Origin: an uncultured Bacilli bacterium
Lineage (GTDB): Bacteria > Bacillota_I > Bacilli_A > RF39 > UBA660
Reading direction: 5' to 3'
DNA length: 64,000 bases
NCBI GenBank assembly: GCA_934096265.1
Contig: CAKOLI010000001.1
Span: forward strand, 141,512 to 205,511
In this document: positions 1 to 9,167 of the stretch, piece after piece
Numbering within the stretch: the stretch's first letter is position 1
Layout of the letters: each line of letters starts with the position of its first letter
Notes under the pieces: model-generated
What the model saw: the letters and a program-made list of their open reading frames with translations, nothing else
The model's database searches: none
Told to the model about the DNA's origin: nothing
Translations under genes and position numbers: made by a program

Positions 1-367
1 TATCAATACTCTCAAAATAATTATTAGACAAACTAATTATCGCTTGCTTATTACCTGCATAAAAACCAATCCCAAGCCCAAGATCAAGCTCATCATCAGC
101 CTCAATACAATTCTTAAGTACATCATTAAATGTATTAATAGATAAAGGAAAACCAAATACATACCTATCATTTAATGAATCAATATCATTGGCAAAAGAA
201 TACTTATACTGTATCTCCTTCATATAAGAAATATTCTCAACAAACTCCTTCTTAGGTACAAAAATCTTCATATCATTACTAACATCCCCAAGTAAAAAAG
301 TACAAGGTTCTAACTTATATTCATCCTTAAATTTCTTTCTCTTAAAAATAATAACAACATCTTTCAC
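1..367 (-). CDS. hypothetical protein, partial (continues past window start)
   Basis: Open minus-strand frame from GTG at 367-365, preceded by AAGGTGA. It is absent from the ORF track because no stop lies in the window. It sits directly downstream of lexA on the same strand. No family recognised. Confidence 0.45.
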   Translation of the reverse strand, partial: MKDVVIIFKRKKFKDEYKLEPCTFLLGDVSNDMKIFVPKKEFVENISYMKEIQYKYSFANDIDSLNDRYVFGFPLSINTFNDVLKNCIEADDELDLGLGIGFYAGNKQAIISLSNNYFESID

Positions 368-454
368 ATATATCACCTTAAATAAATTATACATGACTAA
401 TTAAATATTTTTCATACATTTTACATAAACTTAACAAAAAAACAAGTTATATTC

Positions 455-1084
455 CTATAACTTGCGGTATAAACCAATAGCTTTTCCTAATATAGTAACA
501 TTATTCAAAATAATAGGAAGCATAAAATCATTCTCAGGTTGCAATCTAAAATATCCATCTTCTTTATAAAAAGTCTTTAAAGTAACCTCATTATCTTCAG
601 TCATCGCGACTACTTTCTCTCCATTTCTAGCAGTATTACATCTTTCTACTATAACAATATCTCCATCATATATCCCAGCATTAATCATACTCTCACCACT
701 AACCCTTAAAGTAAATACCTCACTTTTAGTAGGCACCAAATAAGAAGGCAGTTGAAAATATTCATTAGGCATCTCAATAGCCTCGATAGGGGACCCAGCA
801 GTAACCTTACCAAGAAGAGGAACCGAAACAACATCTTCTCCCTTATCTAAATACTCATTATCAACAAGTAACTCAATAGCTCTATTCTTAGTACTTTCTT
901 TCTTTATATATCCTTTATCCTCAAGATTATTCAAATGTACATACACCGTCGCAGGAGACTTAAGACCAATACTAGCACCTATCTCTCTAATTGAAGGAGG
1001 ATACTTATGTTCTGCAATAAACTCTTTAATATACTTTAAAACTTCCTCTTGTTTACTAGTAAGTCTTTCTTTCTTATTAACCAT
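455..1084 (-). CDS. lexA: LexA SOS repressor
   Basis: Translation from MVNKKERLTSKQ shows an N-terminal wHTH (PPSIREIG), an Ala-Gly cleavage region (KVTAGSP), the S24 Ser (SGESM) and Lys (TLKTF). The track start at 1165 is an upstream extension, so ATG 1084 is chosen. Confidence 0.9.
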   Translation of the reverse strand: MVNKKERLTSKQEEVLKYIKEFIAEHKYPPSIREIGASIGLKSPATVYVHLNNLEDKGYIKKESTKNRAIELLVDNEYLDKGEDVVSVPLLGKVTAGSPIEAIEMPNEYFQLPSYLVPTKSEVFTLRVSGESMINAGIYDGDIVIVERCNTARNGEKVVAMTEDNEVTLKTFYKEDGYFRLQPENDFMLPIILNNVTILGKAIGLYRKL

Positions 1085-1129
1085 CCTTTTCACCTCTACA
1101 AGCAGTATAACATAATAGATGTAAAATGT

Positions 1130-1144
1130 CAAACTTTTGTTCGA
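1130..1144. promoter_or_regulatory. imperfect LexA-type box cAAACttttGTTCga upstream of lexA
   Basis: Read directly. One mismatch to GAAC-N4-GTTC. Lies in the lexA 5' region, which fits autoregulation. Confidence 0.45.
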
Positions 1145-1151
1145 GAAAGTA

Positions 1152-1181
1152 TTGACAAAGAACATTTGTTCGTGTTATCAT
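1152..1181 (+). promoter_or_regulatory. sigma-A-like promoter with embedded perfect LexA (Cheo-type) box
   Basis: TTGACA at 1152-1157 and TATCAT at 1176-1181. aGAACatttGTTCg at 1159-1172 lies between -35 and -10 and reads towards the 1209 small ORF. Confidence 0.65.
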
Positions 1182-1208
1182 TGAAATACATTAAAGGAGG
1201 TAATAAAT

Positions 1209-1343
1209 ATGAATAAAATTAAAAAAAGCAAAGGAGTAATATTCTTCTATTTAATACTATTACTATCAACATTCTTTCTATGTAGTAATACAGACAAATA
1301 CAAAGAAAAAGAACACGAATATAATTTAGTATTACAAAAATAA
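1209..1343 (+). CDS. 44-aa small membrane peptide divergent from lexA
   Basis: ATG 1209 lies 8 nt after AAAGGAGG (1193-1200). Translation is MNKIKKSKGVIFFYLILLLSTFFLCSNTDKYKEKEHEYNLVLQK with one hydrophobic helix. It is below the ORF-track size cutoff. Confidence 0.45.
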   Translation: MNKIKKSKGVIFFYLILLLSTFFLCSNTDKYKEKEHEYNLVLQK

Positions 1344-1396
1344 AATTATATGGTATACTTATAGTAGTTTAAGAAAATATTATAAAAGGTGATTAT

Positions 1397-2155
1397 ATGA
1401 AATGTTTAATAACAGGAGCATCTTCTGGCATAGGGAAAGATATGGCTAATTACATGAGAAATCTAGGATATGATTTATATTTAGTATCTAAAGATAAAGA
1501 TAAATTAGATTCTTCATTTAAAGATGATAAACATATAACTAAAATAGCCCTAGATTTATCTAAAGAGATAAACTGTTATAAATTATATGATATGTTAAAA
1601 GATAAAGATATAGATATATTAATTAATAATGCTGGCTTTGGAGATGCAGGATACTTTACTTCCACTGATATATCTAAAGAATTAAATATGATTGACTTAA
1701 ACATAAAAGCATACCATATCCTAACTAAATTATTTTTAAAACTCTTTACAGAAAGAGACTATGGCCACATTCTAAATGTTGCCTCAATAGCAGGCTTTAT
1801 GCCAGGTCCCTTCATGGCGACCTATTATGCCACTAAATCATATGTACTAAATCTATCCCTTGCTATTAGTGAAGAACTAAAACAATCTAAATCAAAAGTA
1901 AAAATATCTATACTATGCCCAGGACCCGTTAAAACTAACTTTAATAAAACCGCTAATGTCAAATTCAACATATCATCAATAAGTAGTAAAAAATGTGCCA
2001 AAATAGCTATAGAAGAAATGTTTGAAGGACGCTTAATAATTATCCCATCTAAATTCATAAAACTAGGTAGAATAGCTTCAAAATTCTTACCTTTAAACTT
2101 AGTAATGTATATAAATTCTAAAATACAAAGAAAAAAGATATATAAAAATAAATAA
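1397..2155 (+). CDS. short-chain dehydrogenase/reductase (SDR) family oxidoreductase
   Basis: TGASSGIG cofactor motif, NNAG, and the catalytic YxxxK (YYATK). Confidence 0.85.
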   Translation: MKCLITGASSGIGKDMANYMRNLGYDLYLVSKDKDKLDSSFKDDKHITKIALDLSKEINCYKLYDMLKDKDIDILINNAGFGDAGYFTSTDISKELNMIDLNIKAYHILTKLFLKLFTERDYGHILNVASIAGFMPGPFMATYYATKSYVLNLSLAISEELKQSKSKVKISILCPGPVKTNFNKTANVKFNISSISSKKCAKIAIEEMFEGRLIIIPSKFIKLGRIASKFLPLNLVMYINSKIQRKKIYKNK

Positions 2156-2170
2156 CAAAAAACGTAAGAA

Positions 2171-2218
2171 AAAATACTATCTATAATCATAACGATTACT
2201 AGAAATAGTATTTTTTTT
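2171..2218. terminator. bidirectional intrinsic terminator between convergent genes
   Basis: Perfect 10-bp stem aaaatactat (2171-2180) / atagtatttt (2206-2215), flanked by an A-run and a T-run. Confidence 0.7.
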
Positions 2219-2238
2219 AAATACAAAAAAGCAAGTAC

Positions 2239-3492
2239 TTACTTAATTTTCCTTGCTTCTAAATAATATCTCTTATCATAACTATGACCCATAGAGAAAG
2301 TCTTTCTAGGTAAAGCACCATCTAAAATAACACTAGAGAATAACTCTTCCTTCTTCATAGGAGGAAGCAAAATACCTAAATTATTATCTTTATTTGCCAA
2401 ACTTCTAACAACATCATCTCCATGAATATAATCAATCTTACCATCATGATTACTCAAATACTCATCAATAAATATTTGTATAGAACCAACTGCCAAATTA
2501 GATTTAGGATTTTCTATATAAATAATCTTATCCATATCCTTAGAAACTAACTCTAACTTTTGACCATTACCATCTTCATTAATATTATAATACTTATATA
2601 AACTATCTATAAAATCATTAACATCTATATCAAATAACACTCTATGAATAGGTTCAAATTCTAATGCCTCACTATGGAGATTAACAACTTCTACAAGTGC
2701 ATATCTAGCTTTTTCTAATACTTTACTATCTGCACCACTTTCTTTTAAAGCTTCATAGCAAGCCTTCGCAGTAGCTAAAGAATGATTTCCATCTCCAACT
2801 GCGAATAACAACACACCCTTATCATTAACATTATACTTCTTATTAAAGTTATCTACATTAGCTAAACCATCAAGTTTATCCATAATATCATTAATAACTT
2901 CTTCACTTAGCCTATATCCCTTAATATGTCCACCATTTTGCATAAGAGGAGTATCATATACTAAATCCTTATCACTAACAATCTTATCTAAATTATCAAT
3001 AATACTCTTACTATCATCATCAATTAGTAACATAACATGAGGTAGTTCTATAAGGGCATTATTTCTTACTTTCATTCTAGGTGGTATCCTAGAAGTAACT
3101 GTCTTTTCAGTAGCCCTAATCATAGAATTAGAACCAACATTATAGTCATATTCTTCTAAGTCTATCATTCCAACAATTCCTTTTCTACACTTACCATCTA
3201 ATGTATATCTTTCTACATATATAAGACTATTATCCAACACAGAAAAAGTATCATCATCAAGGTATTTCTTCATAGTAGAATTAATATTATTAATCCTATC
3301 ACTAACATCATCATCTTCTAAATATACTTCAGGTAATATTAACTTCAAAGTAGATTTATTATCTGAAACAAATTCTGCCACATCACTCCAATACTTAGGC
3401 TCTGATGTATATTGATCACAAGCAACAACACACCATTTCTCCATATCAACATTCTTTGGTATTAAAATATCTGCTCTTTTAAATACTTTCAT
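2239..3492 (-). CDS. conserved protein, DUF1015/COG4198-like
   Basis: 417 aa from MKVFKRADIL (second ATG, preceded by AGGAAGG). The VVACDQYTS and C-terminal LPRKTFSMG..KRYYLE motifs resemble DUF1015 proteins. Assigned from memory only. Confidence 0.5.
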   Translation of the reverse strand: MKVFKRADILIPKNVDMEKWCVVACDQYTSEPKYWSDVAEFVSDNKSTLKLILPEVYLEDDDVSDRINNINSTMKKYLDDDTFSVLDNSLIYVERYTLDGKCRKGIVGMIDLEEYDYNVGSNSMIRATEKTVTSRIPPRMKVRNNALIELPHVMLLIDDDSKSIIDNLDKIVSDKDLVYDTPLMQNGGHIKGYRLSEEVINDIMDKLDGLANVDNFNKKYNVNDKGVLLFAVGDGNHSLATAKACYEALKESGADSKVLEKARYALVEVVNLHSEALEFEPIHRVLFDIDVNDFIDSLYKYYNINEDGNGQKLELVSKDMDKIIYIENPKSNLAVGSIQIFIDEYLSNHDGKIDYIHGDDVVRSLANKDNNLGILLPPMKKEELFSSVILDGALPRKTFSMGHSYDKRYYLEARKIK

Positions 3493-3599
3493 TTCTTTCC
3501 TTCCTTTCATACTAATTATTTTAACACTATTAAAAATATTTGCAAGCCTATTAATTTAAAAAAAGTGTAAAAAAATGTTAAACTTCCTCCTATAATTAA

Positions 3600-3628
3600 T
3601 TGACATATCATAAAATTCTAAGTATAAT
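3600..3628 (+). promoter_or_regulatory. consensus sigma-A promoter of the giant surface-protein gene
   Basis: TTGACA at 3600-3605, a 17-nt spacer, TATAAT at 3623-3628. The track's TTG start at 3600 is actually the -35 box. Confidence 0.65.
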
Positions 3629-3656
3629 TAATTTATCAAGTATAGGAGGTAAACTA

Positions 3657-6600
3657 ATGAAAGATGTAAGAAAGAAAAAGTTGACTTTAATAATAAGTAT
3701 AATTACAATAATCATTCTAGCTTTATCTGGTACTTATGCTCTATTTAAATGGAACTCTGATAACACAGATATTACCCTAGATGCCCATCTAGGCATCATT
3801 TATAAAAAAGAACACGATACCCTAACAGGAACATTAAATCCCGCTAATTCTAAAGATGAAGGATTATCTACCAACATAGAATTATGGACCACAACTACCA
3901 GAACTAAAGTATATGGAACCTTATTTTTTACAGTAAAAAGCATAGATTCCCCATTAAACCAAAATAGCATGCTAAAATGGGAACTTTGGAATAATGGAAA
4001 TAAATTAAATGAAGGAGATTTTAATGGCTTTGCAAATGGAGATATTGTAGAGTTATTAAAAGATACAGAACTATCTAACTCAAAAACAATATATACACTA
4101 TACGTATGGTTAGACGATAGCCGTATCACTTCAACTGACATAAGTGGTTCTACTATGGAAGTAGACGTTGGAGCTTCTGCAGTCCAAGTACCTACTAGTG
4201 AAAGCACTATTACTGTAGTAGATAATTCACCAGCTCAAACTACTTGGGTTAAAGATTACACATTATCCCTAAAAGCAACATCTACAGAATATAACATAAC
4301 AGGATATGCTGTAACGACATCTCCGGAAAAACCATCATCATACACTTCAGTAAGCACTCCAGGACTAACATATAACTTAAACTATACAGTAGATACTAAT
4401 GATAAATACTTCGTTTGGTTTAGAAATCAAAACAACAAAGTAGCTTATGCTACAGTAGACGTAAATAAAATAGATAATACTAAACCAGAAATAGATTTAA
4501 ATGGCACTTCTTCACCTAGTATTGCATCATCTAGTGCAACTATAAGCATTCCATTAAAAATAACCGATACCCAAAGTGGTATTAATACAAGCACATTTAC
4601 CTCTAATAGCTTAACTGTTAAAGTAGGAACAACTACTGTTAATCCAACCAAGACCATTACTTATCAAAAAGTAGAAAGTGGTATATACTCATACATACTT
4701 ACTCTAACTAACGTTACTGGTAATGGCAATATATCTTTAAACATACCTGCTTCCGCGATAAGCGATGTCGTTGGTAACACCAATAATAATAAAGATTTAA
4801 TTCCAAATATTGATATAGATAATACAGCTCCAGTAGTAAATAGCATAACAGCAGAACAATATACAAGCACTATTACAATTAGTGCTAACGCTACTGATAG
4901 CTATGGAACAATAGATACATATTGGTATAGCATAGATGGAGTAAACTACTATAGTTCTAATAATTCAAATTATACATTTACAAACGTATCATCTGGTAAC
5001 TATACAGCCTATGTATACGTCAAAGATAAAGCGGGCAATAAATCAAATACATATGAAAAAACAGTATTATTTGATAACATCCCACCTACATTAACATCTC
5101 TATTAGTAACTACCACATCTGGTACGTATGCAAATGGCAAAGCTATAGATATAACTGCAACTTACAGTGAAGATATAGTAAGTAGTACAGGTGCTACCAT
5201 AACATCAACTACTGCTCCAAAACTATCTCTAAAATTTGGTTCACAAACCGCAAGAGAAGCAACATTTAAAAGTGCTAGCTCAAACAAAATAAATTATCAA
5301 ATAGTAATAAATACTACTGACCTAGGATCATTAAGCTTATCTTCATATCAAGGAACAGTATATGATGCTGCAAATAACAGCCTAACATTATCAAACGTAA
5401 GCCTAGGAGGAAATGCGATTCAGGCATCTACTAAAGCAAAAATAGATACAACTTATTATACAACCCTAGCTTCTGCAATAAATACATCAAGTACTACAAA
5501 AACTATAACAATGGTAAATGATACAACCGAATGTGTAACAATACCAAGTAGTAATAATATAACTCTTGATTTATCAGGCAAAACAGTAACATGTACAACA
5601 TCTAACACTCCTCTAATAACTAACAATGGAACATTAACTATAAAATCTGGAACAACAGGGGGAACATTAAATAGTACTTACTATGCTATAGAAAATAAAG
5701 GTAGCCTAACACTTACAAGTGGTACAATCAAATCAACTAACAGCATCGCTGTAAATAATAACTCTACCGCTACAAATGCAAAAGGTGCATCATTATACGT
5801 AAATGGAGCAGAGGTAATCTCAACTAGTAATATAGGTATAAATAACGCGACAACAGGTATTATAACTATAGCATCTGGTACAGTAAAAGGTACCCAAAGT
5901 GGTATATACAATGTATCGACAGGAACAATAAATATAGGCTTATCAAGTGATACTTTAAGTACAACATCTCCTGCAATATATAACACAACAACATCTTCAT
6001 ATGGAGTATATATGAATAACGGAGGAACCCTAAATATTAATAATGGAGCTATCTACACTGCAAATACAAGCGTTGGAACAGCTTACTATAAAGGAACTTC
6101 AACCCTAACAGCAAGAAGTGGTTACCATGTTACAACATCAACTGAATCAGTATCTGGTGTAAGCAATAAAAAATCTTACCTAATAAGTGGAACAACACAA
6201 ATCCAATATCAATACAGGAATTATGACTCTTGTATAAAAAAAGAATGTGTAGGAGGAAATGTAACTAATTCTTCATGTGGATACGCAAGTTGTGTTAATA
6301 GTAATTGTTCTTGTGCTAAATGGAATTACACTACAACATGTGGATCATGGGTAGAAGGTACCTGTGAAAAATCTGGATATAATTTTGATACTACTGCGGA
6401 ATGTAATAGGCAAGGCACAAGTTGCACCGCATATACATCGTGTTCTGCTGGTGGTCAAGCTGGTAGCGGATATTATTGTTGCGATTACACTAGAACATGT
6501 ACCAAAAAGAAAACAAGTTGTAACACATATAATTCATGTCAAGATAGTTCATGTGGATACGCAACATGTTATGACTCCTGTGCAAATCTAGAATGTGTGG

Positions 6601-6728
6601 GAGGCTATACTGCTTGGACAAATTGGTCAACGAGCACTTTGTCTGGATACTCAAATTGTCAAAAGAGAACATGTAATCTAAACCCTGAAGGTGTAGTCAC
6701 TACATGTGGCACTGCTGGAAGTTGTTAG
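3657..6728 (+). CDS. giant exported modular protein: TasA/camelysin-like N-domain, Ig-like modules, beta-helix-like repeats, Cys-rich tail
   Basis: ATG 3657 follows AGGAGG (3644-3649). The N-terminus is KKK + TM + LSGTYALFKWNSD, resembling SipW-dependent signals. The N-domain ends YTLYVWLD..VDVGASAVQ. DNT(K/A)P-type Ig linkers and YVYVKDKAGN are present. GTL/GTI-x-I repeats span about aa 620-830. There are 24 Cys in the last 165 aa. Confidence 0.85.
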   Translation: MKDVRKKKLTLIISIITIIILALSGTYALFKWNSDNTDITLDAHLGIIYKKEHDTLTGTLNPANSKDEGLSTNIELWTTTTRTKVYGTLFFTVKSIDSPLNQNSMLKWELWNNGNKLNEGDFNGFANGDIVELLKDTELSNSKTIYTLYVWLDDSRITSTDISGSTMEVDVGASAVQVPTSESTITVVDNSPAQTTWVKDYTLSLKATSTEYNITGYAVTTSPEKPSSYTSVSTPGLTYNLNYTVDTNDKYFVWFRNQNNKVAYATVDVNKIDNTKPEIDLNGTSSPSIASSSATISIPLKITDTQSGINTSTFTSNSLTVKVGTTTVNPTKTITYQKVESGIYSYILTLTNVTGNGNISLNIPASAISDVVGNTNNNKDLIPNIDIDNTAPVVNSITAEQYTSTITISANATDSYGTIDTYWYSIDGVNYYSSNNSNYTFTNVSSGNYTAYVYVKDKAGNKSNTYEKTVLFDNIPPTLTSLLVTTTSGTYANGKAIDITATYSEDIVSSTGATITSTTAPKLSLKFGSQTAREATFKSASSNKINYQIVINTTDLGSLSLSSYQGTVYDAANNSLTLSNVSLGGNAIQASTKAKIDTTYYTTLASAINTSSTTKTITMVNDTTECVTIPSSNNITLDLSGKTVTCTTSNTPLITNNGTLTIKSGTTGGTLNSTYYAIENKGSLTLTSGTIKSTNSIAVNNNSTATNAKGASLYVNGAEVISTSNIGINNATTGIITIASGTVKGTQSGIYNVSTGTINIGLSSDTLSTTSPAIYNTTTSSYGVYMNNGGTLNINNGAIYTANTSVGTAYYKGTSTLTARSGYHVTTSTESVSGVSNKKSYLISGTTQIQYQYRNYDSCIKKECVGGNVTNSSCGYASCVNSNCSCAKWNYTTTCGSWVEGTCEKSGYNFDTTAECNRQGTSCTAYTSCSAGGQAGSGYYCCDYTRTCTKKKTSCNTYNSCQDSSCGYATCYDSCANLECVGGYTAWTNWSTSTLSGYSNCQKRTCNLNPEGVVTTCGTAGSC

Positions 6729-6738
6729 GAGGCATAAA

Positions 6739-7473
6739 ATGAAAAATATATTAAATAAAAATAATAATAAATTACTTTTAATACTTCTAGTATTAGTTAT
6801 TGGGGCGATTTTACTAATCGTCCTAATAAATACAGACAAAAAACAAAAAGATCCTTTTGATAATAACAAAAATGATAACAAAGAAATTGCAAACGTAACG
6901 CCAGATGATGTAAAAAAACTATACAACATATTAACTAGTAACACTTGCAATATCAAATATACATTTGATTTTAGTAATAATAAAACCATCAAAACAGAAG
7001 ATATGAGCGAAACTGATAAATTAACTATTATCTTCAATAACTTAAAATATAACAACATTATAAAAGATAAAATAAGTATAGAAGAGTATAATACCTATGC
7101 TAAAAATATCCTCGGTAATAGCACTAAAATACCTTCTACATTTAAAGACTTTAACTATGATGGTAATACTTACAATATAGAAAAAAATAAAATTATTAAA
7201 AATACCAGTACCTGCAATACCAAAGAAGAATATAAAAGCGCTCTTTATAGTTATTCATATAACTTATATGATCTAAGTATCTATATAAACTATATAGAAA
7301 TAAAAAATAATAAAGCATATGACTTAGATGGAAAACTAATAGATACATATACAAAAGAAAATGAAGAACGTATTATGAATAGTGCTACTAGTTATGTATA
7401 TAACTTTAAGAAAAATACAAATGGATATTACTTACAACAAGTATCTCTTGCAGTTAAAGAAACTAATAAATAA
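6739..7473 (+). CDS. membrane-anchored hypothetical protein
   Basis: ATG 6739 follows GGAGG, which overlaps the upstream stop. It has an N-terminal TM (LLLILLVLVIGAILLIVL) and an Asn/Lys-rich ectodomain with two Cys (TCN..TCN). Confidence 0.65.
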   Translation: MKNILNKNNNKLLLILLVLVIGAILLIVLINTDKKQKDPFDNNKNDNKEIANVTPDDVKKLYNILTSNTCNIKYTFDFSNNKTIKTEDMSETDKLTIIFNNLKYNNIIKDKISIEEYNTYAKNILGNSTKIPSTFKDFNYDGNTYNIEKNKIIKNTSTCNTKEEYKSALYSYSYNLYDLSIYINYIEIKNNKAYDLDGKLIDTYTKENEERIMNSATSYVYNFKKNTNGYYLQQVSLAVKETNK

Positions 7474-7511
7474 AAATAAAATAAAATAAATATAATATTA
7501 TAGGTGATTAT

Positions 7512-8522
7512 ATGAAAAAAATAACATTTATAATATTTTTCCTTTTTATAATAACATTAACAATACCCTTATCATCCCTAAAAAATACTAAAATAACATG
7601 TCAAAACACTAAAAAAGACAACATCGAAGCCCATTATCCTACATATAACATAAATAAACTAGATACTTATATAAAAAATCATATAAATAATATCATAAAT
7701 AATACCTCAAGTAATAATAACCTATATATAGATTATGATACTATAAATAATAAAGATAATATTAAAACAATAATATATACATATATAGATCAAAAAGGAT
7801 TAATAAAAAATAATATTACTGAAATTGATTATAATATAAAAACTAAAAATATAACTAAAGATATAAAAATAATAACCACTAGTAACAACTATAATATAGT
7901 AAATAACAAAGTAATTGATAAAAATAAAAAAATAATATCCTTCACCTTTGATGATGGCCCTAGTTATAACACCATAAAAATAGCAAACATTCTAAAGAAA
8001 TATAATGCTACTGCAACATTCTTTGTATTAGGTAATAAAGTAGAAAAATACGAAAAAACACTTAAATATTTAAAAGATAATAACATGGAAATAGGTAATC
8101 ATACATACACCCATAAATTCTTATCTAAATTAAAAGAAGAAGATATTATGCTAGAAATAAATAATACTCAAGAAGAAATATATAGAGTTACTAATACATA
8201 TCCAACATTATTTAGACCGAGTTATGGAACTGTATCTAATAAATTAAGAAGACTATCCCCAATGCCCCTTATTATATGGAACCTAGATACCTTAGATTGG
8301 AAATATCATAATTCTAATAAAATAGCAAATAAAATATTAAATAAAGTAAAAGATGGCGATATTATTCTTATGCATGATACATATTCCGCGACCGTAAATG
8401 CTGTAAATATAGTAATCCCTAAACTAATAGAACAAGGTTATGAAATAGTAAGCGTAAGTGAACTATTTTACTATAAAAACATAATTCCTACCTACGGCAA
8501 ATATTACGGACATATTAATTAA
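7512..8522 (+). CDS. polysaccharide (peptidoglycan) deacetylase, PdaC-like
   Basis: N-terminal signal/TM. NodB-homology motifs FTFDDGP, H-x-x-x-H (GNHTYTH), LFRPSYG and ILMHD. Confidence 0.85.
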   Translation: MKKITFIIFFLFIITLTIPLSSLKNTKITCQNTKKDNIEAHYPTYNINKLDTYIKNHINNIINNTSSNNNLYIDYDTINNKDNIKTIIYTYIDQKGLIKNNITEIDYNIKTKNITKDIKIITTSNNYNIVNNKVIDKNKKIISFTFDDGPSYNTIKIANILKKYNATATFFVLGNKVEKYEKTLKYLKDNNMEIGNHTYTHKFLSKLKEEDIMLEINNTQEEIYRVTNTYPTLFRPSYGTVSNKLRRLSPMPLIIWNLDTLDWKYHNSNKIANKILNKVKDGDIILMHDTYSATVNAVNIVIPKLIEQGYEIVSVSELFYYKNIIPTYGKYYGHIN

Positions 8523-8586
8523 TACATCTTGAAAAATAATTATATTTATTATATAATTATAATGTTTTAGTAAGTAGGGTGATAAA

Positions 8587-9153
8587 ATGAAAAACAAACT
8601 ATATAGATTTGTAAGAGCACTAGGAGTACCACTTTTTAAACTCCTATATAGACCAACAATTATTGGTATTAGTAACATTCCTACCTCAGGTAGAATCGTT
8701 CTAGCGGGAAATCACACTAATAATTTTGATTGTGCCCTCTTAATATCATCAACCAAAAGAACAATTCATTTCCTAGCTAAAAATGAATTACACAAAGGTA
8801 AACTAGGATGGTTCTTCACTTCAATGGGAACTATCCCAGTAGATAGAAATAATAAAGATACAAATGCATTATCAACTGCCATAGAAGTATTAAATAATAA
8901 TGAAGTAATTGGAATATTCCCAGAAGGTACAACTACCAAAGATGGAAGCCTTCTTCCCTTCAAAGTAGGCGCAGTAGTCATGGCAAATAGAACAAACTCA
9001 AAAATAGTTCCATTCGCAATTACAGGTGAATACAAACTATTTAGAAAAAACATTAAAATAACTTTTGCCTCTCCATATACTCCTAAAAACGATATCAGCT
9101 TAGCCAACGATGAACTAAGAAATAAAGTCATTAAACTAAAAGAGTCTAATTAG
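8587..9153 (+). CDS. lysophospholipid (1-acyl-glycerol-3-phosphate) acyltransferase family
   Basis: HX4D motif (NHTNNFD), FPEGT and FKVGA blocks. Confidence 0.8.
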   Translation: MKNKLYRFVRALGVPLFKLLYRPTIIGISNIPTSGRIVLAGNHTNNFDCALLISSTKRTIHFLAKNELHKGKLGWFFTSMGTIPVDRNNKDTNALSTAIEVLNNNEVIGIFPEGTTTKDGSLLPFKVGAVVMANRTNSKIVPFAITGEYKLFRKNIKITFASPYTPKNDISLANDELRNKVIKLKESN

Positions 9154-9167
9154 AAAGAAGAAAATCT

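Noticed and set aside
1825-2226. A 133-aa minus-strand ORF antisense to the SDR gene, and similar antisense ORFs. Examples: 3800-4207, 4445-4657, 5681-5986, 8766-9131, 21362-21694, 26827-27228, 28451-27, 32520-32960, 34907-35422, 40782-41189, 51938-52261, 61385-61708.
   Set aside because: Each lies inside a + strand gene with clear family motifs. Their translations are Leu/Phe/Ser/Ile-rich low complexity with no RBS. They are explained by stop-codon depletion on the T-rich antisense strand.
3600-3656. The ORF-track start (TTG at 3600), which would add 19 aa to the giant protein.
   Set aside because: The TTG is part of a consensus TTGACA -35 box with TATAAT 17 nt downstream. A strong AGGAGG precedes ATG 3657.
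6364-6591. A 75-aa + strand ORF in an alternative frame inside the Cys-rich tail region.
   Set aside because: No RBS. It overlaps a frame with a clear repeated Cys-motif structure and is likely a chance ORF.
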